DNA from: an uncultured Acidobacteriota bacterium
GTDB taxonomy: Bacteria > Acidobacteriota > Blastocatellia > RBC074
DNA length: 64,000 nt
Assembly: GCA_963796275.1 (NCBI GenBank)
Contig: CAWCKY010000003.1
Location: forward strand, 832,001 to 896,000
Reading direction: 5' to 3'
Made by a program: the position numbers and the translations under genes. The notes beneath the pieces are model-generated. The model saw nothing but the letters and a program-made list of their open reading frames with translations, was not told the DNA's origin and made no database searches. Shown here piece after piece: positions 10,325-19,336 of the stretch; the stretch's first letter is position 1, and each line of letters begins with the position of its first letter.

Positions 10325-11636
10325 ATGTACAATAAAGATTTCGAGATCGATATCGAATTAACGAATAAACTAGCATTCAGCAGATTTGATAATGGCCTTG
10401 ATTGTCAGCCCAGCCGGTACTTTTTCATATGCAGCCCCAGCGAGTCGAAACGTGTGGATGAAGCTATCCGGCAACGTGACCGGTTGCTCCAGGTCAACAT
10501 TGATGAGCGGAAGCGGATCGAAGAGGCATTGAAAGAGAGCGAGGGCCGATCGCTTCGCAATGAAGAGGCGCTGAAGCAAGCGTTACAGGAAATCGGGCGT
10601 TTGAAGGAGCAGCTCCATGCCGAGAATGTCTACCTCCGTGAGGAGGTCCGGCTCGCGTACGGGTTCGGCGAGATCATCGGTCAGGGGATGTTATTCAAGA
10701 TGGCGCTCCATAAGGCTGAACAGGTTGCCCCGACCGACACTACCGTTCTTCTTACCGGAGAAACCGGCACGGGTAAAGAGCTATTGGCCCATATGATCCA
10801 CAATTTGAGTTCGCGCAAAGACCGGCCGATGGTGAAGGTCAACTGTGCCGCATTACCGGCGAGTCTGGTCGAGAGCGAGCTTTTCGGTCATGAGAAGGGG
10901 GCATTTACCGGGGCTGTGACCGCGAGGTCCGGTCGATTTAAGCTGGCGGATGGAGCGACGATATTCCTCGACGAGATCGGAGAGCTGCCGCTGGAACTGC
11001 AGGCGAAACTATTGCGTGTTTTACAAGAGGGAGAGTTTGAACGGCTCGGTTCGAGCAGGACGATCAGGGTCGATGTGAGAGTGATCGCGGCGAGCAATCG
11101 CGACTTGGATCAGGAAGTCAGGAGGGGTAGCTTCCGCGCCGACCTATTTTATCGGCTGAATGTGTTTCCTATCCGCATGCCAGCGCTGCGGGAGAGACGA
11201 GAGGATATCAGCATACTGGTGAAGTTCTTTGTCGAGCAGATAAGCAAGAAGATGGGCAAGCGTATCGAAGAGGTGGCAGAGGACATGCTGGATGCGATGG
11301 AGCAATACTCCTGGCCTGGTAATGTGCGCGAGTTGAAGAACGTCATCGAGCGAGCCGTAATTTTGACAAAGGGCGATAAACTGCAAATTCCCGAAGATAC
11401 TGGGTATGTGTGTGCGGAATGAACCATCGGTTGAGCCGCACCATAACGAGGAAGTTGATACACCGGCGGCGGAACTAGATGAGGTTCAACGCCGGCATAT
11501 AACGCGAGTCCTCAAACAGACATTTTGGCGCATCGAAGGTGCGAAGGGGGCTGCGGCAATTTTGGGGATCAACCCGGGAACACTCCGTTCGCGAATGAAG
11601 CGGCTTGGCATAAATCGACCTCTCACCAATGAATAG
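10325..11636 (+). CDS. sigma54-dependent (FhlA-like) enhancer-binding protein; Fis-HTH separated by a frameshift near 11400
   Basis: [41 protein letters not shown]. The HTH ([40 protein letters not shown]) lies in the +1 frame at 11406-11636. Confidence 0.88.
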
Positions 11637-11883
11637 GGAGAGGTTGACAGAAGTCAGATCTCCGAGGCGATACTCTGGCTGCTCTGTTCGTCTTCGGACT
11701 TCTATGCTCCCGGATCGACAACCTCTTTTTCCTGAGAAATTCATCAGTTTCCGTGAAGTTTCAAGGATTCTGATCAGATAGTTGGAGCCTGCGTCAGTCA
11801 ATGCATTCATTCCTGCTTTACATATCATCTCAAATATCAAATAGAACAATCCTTTATCCGAACTCGGCGTAAGGCGGGATTTA

Positions 11884-11899
11884 TGGCTTGATGTTTGCA
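11884..11899 (+). promoter_or_regulatory. sigma54 -24/-12 promoter
   Basis: TGGCTTGATGTTTGCA (GG-N10-GC), 80 bp upstream of ATG 11980 and just downstream of the sigma54 activator gene. Confidence 0.65.
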
Positions 11900-11979
11900 C
11901 TTCCAAACGTTTCATGTCGAGAAATCATTTCCGATTTTCTTCAATGCTATCGAAAACCCAGAAACGAATGGAGATCACC

Positions 11980-12417
11980 ATGATAGAAAAGATTCGCAAA
12001 CCCGTGTTCACGCTCGTACTGCTGAGTGCTATCGTGCCGATTACCGCAGGCGTTCAGATTACCAGTCGCATCACTTTCAACACGACGTTTCCATTCACCG
12101 TCGGTAACACTAAATTCCCGCCCGGAAGTTACTCGATCAGGCCGACGGATGACAATTCGGAAATAATGGAGATTACCAGCGCGGATGGGAAGACATCAGC
12201 CTTATTTGAAACGACAGCGGCTGAGGCGGCGAAAATGCCTTCCAAAGGCGAAGTAGTATTCAAGAAATACGGTGACAATTATGTGATGAGCGAAATCTAT
12301 GAGCCTGGATCCAAGACCGGATCAATGACAATAAAGTCACACGCCGAGCAGCAGCATGCGAAGAAGAATAGCGCCCCTACTAAGGAATCGGTGTCCACTA
12401 CGAAGTCAAATCCATAG
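11980..12417 (+). CDS. small exported beta-rich protein
   Basis: GGAG RBS, signal peptide, FPFTVGNTKFPPGSYSI and VVFKKYGDNYVMSEI. Confidence 0.8.
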   Translation: MIEKIRKPVFTLVLLSAIVPITAGVQITSRITFNTTFPFTVGNTKFPPGSYSIRPTDDNSEIMEITSADGKTSALFETTAAEAAKMPSKGEVVFKKYGDNYVMSEIYEPGSKTGSMTIKSHAEQQHAKKNSAPTKESVSTTKSNP

Positions 12418-12488
12418 GTATGCGGGATGCCTTCTCGATCGACCCGAGAAGGCGGAAGGATCGATCGTGCCGGTTGGTTCTTGCCTCG

Positions 12489-12520
12489 GGGGCAACGGGG
12501 CAACGGGGCAACGGGGCAAC
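12489..12520 (+). repeat. tandem octamer repeat (GGGGCAAC)x4
   Basis: Read directly; followed by degenerate 8-mers (GGAACAAT, GGGTGCAA, GGTGACAA). Confidence 0.85.
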
Positions 12521-12618
12521 GGAACAATGGGTGCAAGGTGACAAGAGGCGATGCGGCGGGGAGTATGAGCAAAAATCGGGTAGGGATGTAAATACGTCGT
12601 TGAATGAGTGGTAGCAAT

Positions 12619-12725
12619 CGATTGCAGACTGCGGAAGAAAGAGCTGAGAGCGGGGAATTGGGCTATCCCGCCTGACTTTTCTGCTCGGCTAACTCCCCCG
12701 CTCTTTCTTCCGCAGTCTGCAATCG
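12619..12725. repeat. 26-bp perfect inverted repeat (MITE/REP-like hairpin)
   Basis: CGATTGCAGACTGCGGAAGAAAGAGC (12619-12644) and its exact reverse complement (12700-12725). Confidence 0.85.
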
Positions 12726-12909
12726 GGAATTGGATATTAGCTGGTGGCGTTCAGCGGAAGGAAATGCGCAATTAAACGTGCTTCTAGCAGATGGAGGCTG
12801 GGTTAGCTGCATGATCACGTGCACTGCGTTTTTCTCCGACCTCCGTGTGAAATAGTCAGGAGCGAGTGGCTGGCGCCACCAGTTAATATTCAACAAAACT
12901 CGATAAGAA

Positions 12910-14919
12910 GTGATGGATATAGGAAATCAGAAGGGCAATGAAGACACGCAGTCCAGCCGGCTGTCCCCAGGTGCTCGCCGGTTCTCTCTTTTTCTATTTC
13001 TCGCAGGCTGTCTTCTCATCCCGATCGATTACTACGGCGCCGCCCAGAAAAAAAAAGATCCAGCTAAGCAGTCATCGACATCAGCCAACGGAAAAGAAAA
13101 CGGAAAACCGAAAAAGGGGTTCGGCGGTAAGTATAAAGACCTCAACACTTGGCAGCGAAGTTTGGTGGATGATGCGGTTCAGCGTGTGAACCTGCTTATG
13201 AAAACGAACTATACGAGCGAAAAAACCTACAATGAGCTCTCATCCTCTAACCGTACGACATTCGAGGCCGTCACGCATGCCCTCAGTACCACCAAACTGA
13301 CTGACAAGTCAGGCGTTTCTCTGGGAGTGGCCTCGGACCTTTTCCAGTCAGTCGAAGAGATTGCCGGAGAAAAGATTGATGCACGCGGTGATCAGCAGTT
13401 CCGTGTTTATTTCAACCTCAAACCAACTGCCGCCGATACGCTGGCAAAAAGCCGAGAATTTGAGCGTGGCGATGACAACACCGTTTATCACTTCGGTTAT
13501 CCGCTCAATTACCGCCTCCGGGGAGGCACGCCATCGATTCAAATTTCTCTTGCGAGAGACGGCTTGCGGGCCGATGTCGACGTGGATTACCGGTCCTCGA
13601 AATTCCCGGCTGCGGTCATCAATGGCCATCTGACCAGCGCCAACTCGGACGTACGTGCCGGAAACAACTACGAGACCCATATCAACCGCTGGTCCGGTTT
13701 AGCCAATTGGTGGCGGGCTTTATTCGGCTTGAATACGGGAGACACAACGCCCCCGCCTGAAGCGCCCGATAATCGGCGGCTCAATGCTAATCCGCCGCTG
13801 AAGGGCAATGCCAATTTTCCAGAGGTAGTCGAGAGTTTTCTGAAAAGTTGGCTGATCGAGCAGACGCCCAACATCTCAGCCACCTATTTCGGTCATGAAT
13901 CTTTCAGCTGCGCCTATGGCATGAGCAAAGATACCGAGGCTGGAATCAGGTGGTTATTCTATCGGTCGATGAAAGACGTCAATCGCCAGCTGGGGAAGGT
14001 GAACGATCTTTCCGATACGGTCGAGGCTGTCAGTCTCTGGGACAAAAGGCTGCAGCCGATAAAACATCCTCACGAGGATCAGTATTTGCTGGTGCGTGTG
14101 CCCCCTGATGTGGCGGCTATGTACGATTGCGATATGCGCAGCGGCAAACCGTTGCTGCCCCTGGAGGTGTCGAAGAGGTACAAAGATGTTTACGGCGCCG
14201 CATTCAAAATTCGTCTGCTGAATGAGGAGAAAGGAGCACTCTTTCTGCTGTGGCGCAAGGAAGCCGGTTATTGGCGCATTGTTTCTTTCGACCTGGCTGG
14301 TGGTGGAACTTCGCTATCATTGCGGAAGGATTCAAACTCCCACCTGAAATCAGAGGTGAACGATGGGAAGCCGGAGATGCGGGAAACAATGGACGGCAAC
14401 CGGGAAGCTACTGCGAGAATGGCGGACTTTTATAAGACCTGGCTGGTCTCGCTGAATTACGATAAAGCGATGTCATATTTCTCTCCGCAATCTTATGCCT
14501 GTGTGAATGCGGCCGGCGAAGGCAAAGGAAAGATCACCGATTCAAAAAGGGCGCAGACGTTGATCAAGAATGGGTTGCAGCAGGTTGCTCAGGTGGCCGA
14601 TGGGCAAAATCAATTAAGCGAAATAATTCGGCCAGTCGCGCAAATTGACCCTGAAATGAAGTTAGTTAAGCACGAGAATGAGCGGGCATTTACGATCATC
14701 GCAATTCCCGACCAGGTGGGCAGCCGACTTGTGTGCGGCAAAAAGGAGAGTCCGCAACAAACGATCGATCAGGCGATGCGTGACAAACCGGTATTCGGGA
14801 ACTACTACGCTAGCGCATTTCAGCTCAATCTTCGCGGTGATCCCGCCTATCTTTGGGTGTTGTGGGCAGTAGAGGGAGGGCATTGGATGATCGTTCACTG
14901 GAAGGTGATTGCGTCCTGA
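12910..14919 (+). CDS. exported hypothetical protein with a duplicated C-terminal domain
   Basis: 669-aa ORF with a hydrophobic leader and two similar ~170-aa modules; start codon uncertain. Confidence 0.8.
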   Translation: MMDIGNQKGNEDTQSSRLSPGARRFSLFLFLAGCLLIPIDYYGAAQKKKDPAKQSSTSANGKENGKPKKGFGGKYKDLNTWQRSLVDDAVQRVNLLMKTNYTSEKTYNELSSSNRTTFEAVTHALSTTKLTDKSGVSLGVASDLFQSVEEIAGEKIDARGDQQFRVYFNLKPTAADTLAKSREFERGDDNTVYHFGYPLNYRLRGGTPSIQISLARDGLRADVDVDYRSSKFPAAVINGHLTSANSDVRAGNNYETHINRWSGLANWWRALFGLNTGDTTPPPEAPDNRRLNANPPLKGNANFPEVVESFLKSWLIEQTPNISATYFGHESFSCAYGMSKDTEAGIRWLFYRSMKDVNRQLGKVNDLSDTVEAVSLWDKRLQPIKHPHEDQYLLVRVPPDVAAMYDCDMRSGKPLLPLEVSKRYKDVYGAAFKIRLLNEEKGALFLLWRKEAGYWRIVSFDLAGGGTSLSLRKDSNSHLKSEVNDGKPEMRETMDGNREATARMADFYKTWLVSLNYDKAMSYFSPQSYACVNAAGEGKGKITDSKRAQTLIKNGLQQVAQVADGQNQLSEIIRPVAQIDPEMKLVKHENERAFTIIAIPDQVGSRLVCGKKESPQQTIDQAMRDKPVFGNYYASAFQLNLRGDPAYLWVLWAVEGGHWMIVHWKVIAS

Positions 14920-15155
14920 CTTGATCCGTGTAACTAGGACGGGCTCTCCAGCGGCTAGGGAGTATGGGGCGATGGGACAACTCATATTATTCGATTCACT
15001 TATCAATGACACGCAGAATCATAGGAAGAAGCGATTAAAGATTATCCCGCAGGATTTCATGACTGCGAAGAACGCCATATCAGGTTGTCACTTCGTGGCA
15101 ACATCGAGTCATCCGCGGGTAAGGTAACCTGCGGCAAAATTTCAGAGGAGGGAAT

Positions 15156-15917
15156 ATGACTCTCGGCAAACGTGCGACGGCGGAATTTATTGGGACCTTC
15201 TGGCTCGTATTCGGAGGCTGTGGAAGTGCCGTGTTAGCTGCGGCGTTTCCATCCCTGGGCATCGGGTTCGCGGGGGTTGCCCTGGCATTTGGGTTGACTT
15301 TATTGACTATGGCTTATGCCATCGGCCACATCTCTGGCTGTCACTTGAACCCGGCGGTCACTGCCGGCCTGGTTGCTGGCGGGCGATTTCCGGCGTCAGA
15401 ACTCCCCCACTACATGGTCGCTCAGGTGCTCGGAGCGATTGCAGGTGCGGGCACGTTATTCGTGATCGCCAACGGGAAGGCGGGATTTGATCTGAGCGCC
15501 GGATTCGCCTCCAACGGATACGGATCGCATTCGCCCGGCGGTTATGACCTGGCTGCATGTCTGGTAGCGGAAATAGTGCTGACGCTGTTTTTTCTCTTCG
15601 TGATCCTCGGATCGACCGATGAACGCGCGCCCCACGGATTTGCTCCGATCGCTATCGGGCTGGCATTGACGCTCATCCATCTCATCAGCATTCCCGTGAC
15701 CAACACCTCCGTGAATCCCGCACGCAGCACGGGGCCTGCTATCGTTGCCGGCGGCTGGCCGCTGAACCAATTGTGGTTATTCTGGGTAGCGCCCCTTATA
15801 GGTGGAATCCTCGGAGGCATCATTTATCGGGCGTTGTTCAGCGGAGTCACCGGTCTGCATGCCCCGGAACCGATTGATCGTCGAGACTTTCCGGCTGAAG
15901 CCGGTACTGCGCACTGA
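15156..15917 (+). CDS. aqpZ: aquaporin Z
   Basis: [18 protein letters not shown], two NPA motifs (HLNPAV, SVNPARS), LWLFWVAP. Confidence 0.97.
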   Translation: MTLGKRATAEFIGTFWLVFGGCGSAVLAAAFPSLGIGFAGVALAFGLTLLTMAYAIGHISGCHLNPAVTAGLVAGGRFPASELPHYMVAQVLGAIAGAGTLFVIANGKAGFDLSAGFASNGYGSHSPGGYDLAACLVAEIVLTLFFLFVILGSTDERAPHGFAPIAIGLALTLIHLISIPVTNTSVNPARSTGPAIVAGGWPLNQLWLFWVAPLIGGILGGIIYRALFSGVTGLHAPEPIDRRDFPAEAGTAH

Positions 15918-15969
15918 GGCGATAAAAACTAGGGAAAGTTGATGGAATTCTCCAGGATTTACTTCCTCG

Positions 15970-16401
15970 GTGGGTTCGATTTTGAGAATAGACGTTCAAG
16001 TGGCGAGCAAACCTAAAATCAGCGCGGTGAGCCTTCCCGATGCGACGGAGCTTGCGCTGGATCGCACTCATCTCGCCCACGAGCGCACGCTGATGGCCTG
16101 GGTCCGGACTTCTGTGTCGCTGATCAGCTTCGGATTCACCATCTATAAGTTCTTTCAGTATATGCGTGAGCAACAACAGACCCCTCCTGTCCATCGTCTA
16201 TTGGGGCCGCGCGAGTTCGCGCTCATAATGATCAGCATCGGAGTGATTTCGCTCATGCTGGCGACGCTGCAGAACTGGCAGTTGAAAAAGAGACTGAAAG
16301 AAAAGTACCACGATGTTCCTTACTCGCTGGCGACGATGATAGCTGCCTTGATTTCACTCCTAGGGATCCTGGCATTTACAGCGGTCATCTCGAGGCAATA
16401 A
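15970..16401 (+). CDS. DUF202 (YidH-like) membrane protein
   Basis: RTHLAHERTLMAWVRTSVSLISFGF and three TM segments; start uncertain. Confidence 0.88.
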   Translation: MGSILRIDVQVASKPKISAVSLPDATELALDRTHLAHERTLMAWVRTSVSLISFGFTIYKFFQYMREQQQTPPVHRLLGPREFALIMISIGVISLMLATLQNWQLKKRLKEKYHDVPYSLATMIAALISLLGILAFTAVISRQ

Positions 16402-16407
16402 CACCCC

Positions 16408-16580
16408 AACAAAAAGGCGAAAGACAAAAGACAAAAATCGAAGGTCAAAGCTCGCAGCTTTTCTTATTGATTTCTGCCTTTTGTTCTTTGGCTAACCCAA
16501 CGAATACAAAATCAAAAGACAAAACTCCTGAAGATCTATCATTAGTTTTGCCTCCCGCCATTTGCCTTTTGATTTCTTAT
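16408..16580. repeat. degenerate A-rich/T-rich heptamer arrays forming two hairpins
   Basis: AAAAGGC/AAAGACA/AAAAATC runs followed by complementary TTTCTGCCTTTTG and TTTGCCTTTTGATT runs. Confidence 0.55.
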
Positions 16581-16886
16581 ATGAGCGTGGTGATAGAAGA
16601 CTATAAAAAGCTGGTTGACGGCGTATCACCACGCTGTCTGCGAAGGACGTTCGACTTGATCACAGCGGATGATCCAAGGAAGGCACGGTTGGCCGAGTTC
16701 TCTCCACCGGTGGGGTGGGCCGCGACCATCCCCCATTTCATTCTCAATTCAATAATGGCGAAACAATTAGTAGTGATTCTCACCTCCGGGGTGGTTTCTA
16801 TCTTGATGCGCATAACGTCGCGCCGAGCGACCCACCGCTTCGCAAGGGTCGGAAAGTGGATCTTATTCAATGGAGAAGGAGGCTCT

Positions 16887-17774
16887 ATGAGTCATAACTA
16901 TCACGGAATTCGCAAAGCAAAAATCGGCTTACTAATTGTCTTTGGATTCGTGAACTACGCGACAACTCCTGCCCGCGCACAGGCAGTTCAGGGGCAGTCA
17001 TCCGCGGCGAACGGCGCTGTTGCGCAAGGAGCGAGTACAGAGGAGTTGCAAAAAGCCGTGCAAAATCCCGTCGCCAACCTGATCAGCGTGCCATTCCAGA
17101 ACAACATCGATTTCGGCATTGGCCCATACGACCGGACCAGGAACACGCTCAACATCCAGCCGGTAGTACCGATTAAATTATCCGAGGGCGTGATGCTGAT
17201 CAACCGCACGATATTCCCGGTAATCATTCAACCCGATATCAATACGTCGAGCGGTGGAGTTTTCGGATTGGGCGATATCAACCCCACATTCTTTTTCTCT
17301 CCGGCCAGGCCGGGCAAATTGATCTGGGGAATTGGTCCGGCGTTTGTCTTGCCCACCGCTACCGATCGGGCGCTGGGAGCGGGGAAATGGAGCGCGGGCC
17401 CCAGCGTCGTGGCGTTGGCGCAACCCGGGAAGTGGACGGTCGGAGCGCTCGCCAGCAATGTCTGGTCGTTCGCGGGGCAGGAGAACCGGCCCGCAGTGAA
17501 CACGATGTCAATTCAGTATTTCATCAACCATAACTTTTCGAAGGGGTGGTATTTCACGAGCAGTCCGATCATCGCCGGCAACTGGAGAGCCGCTGTCGAT
17601 GACAGGTGGCTTGTGCCGTTCGGTGCTGGCATCGGCAGGGTCACCAGGATCGGTGCGGCGCCCGTGAATTGGCAGGTCGCGGCATATGCCAACGTCATTC
17701 GTCCGGACACCTTGCCTTCTCCCAGATGGCAATTACGACTTCAATTGGCATTGCTGTATCCACAAAAAAAGTGA
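16887..17774 (+). CDS. outer-membrane channel-like protein (so-called neuromedin U / MetA-pathway-like family)
   Basis: AGGAGG RBS before ATG 16887; ELQKAVQNPVANLISVPFQNN, LNIQPVVP, GLGDINPTFFFSP, WQLRLQLALLYP. Confidence 0.8.
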   Translation: MSHNYHGIRKAKIGLLIVFGFVNYATTPARAQAVQGQSSAANGAVAQGASTEELQKAVQNPVANLISVPFQNNIDFGIGPYDRTRNTLNIQPVVPIKLSEGVMLINRTIFPVIIQPDINTSSGGVFGLGDINPTFFFSPARPGKLIWGIGPAFVLPTATDRALGAGKWSAGPSVVALAQPGKWTVGALASNVWSFAGQENRPAVNTMSIQYFINHNFSKGWYFTSSPIIAGNWRAAVDDRWLVPFGAGIGRVTRIGAAPVNWQVAAYANVIRPDTLPSPRWQLRLQLALLYPQKK

Positions 17775-17827
17775 CGGATGAAGATGATGATTATGAATGT
17801 GATTTGATACCTGGAGGGAGACAAAGC

Positions 17828-19273
17828 ATGCAAGCACAAGCTACGGACAAACCAATGATGGCAACTGACATTCCGCAGGGCATCACCATTCCCGACCGGA
17901 TCGAGACGCGACTCGGGACGCTCAGATTCGTCGACGGCTTCCCTGATGATGCGACCGTAGAGAAGGTCTACGACAACCTCGACTTTCAGCGGGGAGTGCA
18001 GGCATTCCTGACTGCAATGCCGGCAGCATCTCTCCACGCGATGCGCGAGGGCATTCGCGGATTCGGTCCTGACAACCAGACCGTCATCATTTTCGAGACG
18101 CTGGCGGATTCGAAATCGCTCTTCCTGACTGCGAACACAGAGAGCGTCTATGCATCAGCCTGGCTCGACCTGAAGCAAGGACCGGTCGTAGTTGAGATAC
18201 CGTCCAATATTCTTGGTTTAGTGGACGATTTTTGGTTCCACTTCGTCGCCGACCTGGGCAATGCTGGTCCCGATAAGGGCAAGGGCGGCAAATTCCTCTT
18301 CCTGCCGCCCGATTACAAAGGCCAGGCGCCCAAAGGTTATCACGCCTTCAAGTCTCAAACCTTCGGCAACTGGTTTCTCGCGCGCGGTTTTCTGGTGAAT
18401 GGCGATCCGAAGCCGGCGGTCGAGAGCTTCAAGCAGCTTCTGCGCATCTATCCGCTCGCACAGGCGGCTCACGCGCCCACGACCACATTCGTCAACGTAT
18501 CGGGCAAGGCATTCAACACGATTCACTCGATGGACTTCTCCTTCTTCGGGGAAGTCAACCAGGTCGTACAAGAAGAACCGAACGATGCGATGGATCCTGA
18601 AACGCTCGGGCTGCTCTCTACTATCGGTATCGAGAAGGGCAAGCCATTCGCACCGGATGCGCGAATGAAGAAAATCCTGACCGAAGCTGCGCATGTGGCC
18701 AATGCCACGGCACGTACTCTCATGTACCGCTCCCGCGACAAGGAGCGGAACTTATATCCCAACAGCGGATGGTTTCAGCCACCGCCAACCTATACATTCC
18801 AACGCGACGGCGTGCGTTTGCTCGATACCCGCTCGAGCTTCTTCTTTTACGCCACCGGAGTCACGCCGGCAATGTTGATGAAGATTGTCGGAGTGGGCTC
18901 GCAGTATGCCGTCACGTTCGTCGATTCGAAGGGGCAGCCATTTAATGGCGGCAAGACCTATAGGCTCCATCTCCCGCCCAATATCCCGGCGAAGAACTTC
19001 TGGTCTCTGGTGGTCTATGACAACCAGACCCGTTCCGAGCTCCAGACGGACCAGCAATTCCCGAGCATCAGCAGTCAGAAGCAAGGCGTGGTGATCAATC
19101 CTGACACATCCGTCGATGTGTACTTCGGCCCCAAGCCGCTGCCCGGCAAAGAGAGCAACTGGGTACAGACCTGGCCCGGAAAGGGCTGGAACGTCATCCT
19201 TCGGCTCTACGGCCCGCTGCAGCCGTACTTCGACAGAACCTGGCGGCCGGGAGAGATTGAGGAAATAAATTAA
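17828..19273 (+). CDS. DUF1254/DUF1214 domain protein
   Basis: LTANTESVY, GPDKGKGGKFL, IPAKNFWSLVVYD, SVDVYFGP, LRLYGP. Confidence 0.9.
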   Translation: MQAQATDKPMMATDIPQGITIPDRIETRLGTLRFVDGFPDDATVEKVYDNLDFQRGVQAFLTAMPAASLHAMREGIRGFGPDNQTVIIFETLADSKSLFLTANTESVYASAWLDLKQGPVVVEIPSNILGLVDDFWFHFVADLGNAGPDKGKGGKFLFLPPDYKGQAPKGYHAFKSQTFGNWFLARGFLVNGDPKPAVESFKQLLRIYPLAQAAHAPTTTFVNVSGKAFNTIHSMDFSFFGEVNQVVQEEPNDAMDPETLGLLSTIGIEKGKPFAPDARMKKILTEAAHVANATARTLMYRSRDKERNLYPNSGWFQPPPTYTFQRDGVRLLDTRSSFFFYATGVTPAMLMKIVGVGSQYAVTFVDSKGQPFNGGKTYRLHLPPNIPAKNFWSLVVYDNQTRSELQTDQQFPSISSQKQGVVINPDTSVDVYFGPKPLPGKESNWVQTWPGKGWNVILRLYGPLQPYFDRTWRPGEIEEIN

Positions 19274-19336
19274 GCAGGAGCCCGTGATGATTCTCCGCCT
19301 TCGAAGCTGGTAGAGGATGTATTTCAAAGGAGAAAA

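Noticed and set aside
16467-16886. N-terminal extension of the 435-aa ORF
   Set aside because: It translates intergenic repeats; a strong RBS and ATG at 16887 give the likely start. The same reasoning applies to ORF starts 17606, 11914, 44637, 52490 and 56490.
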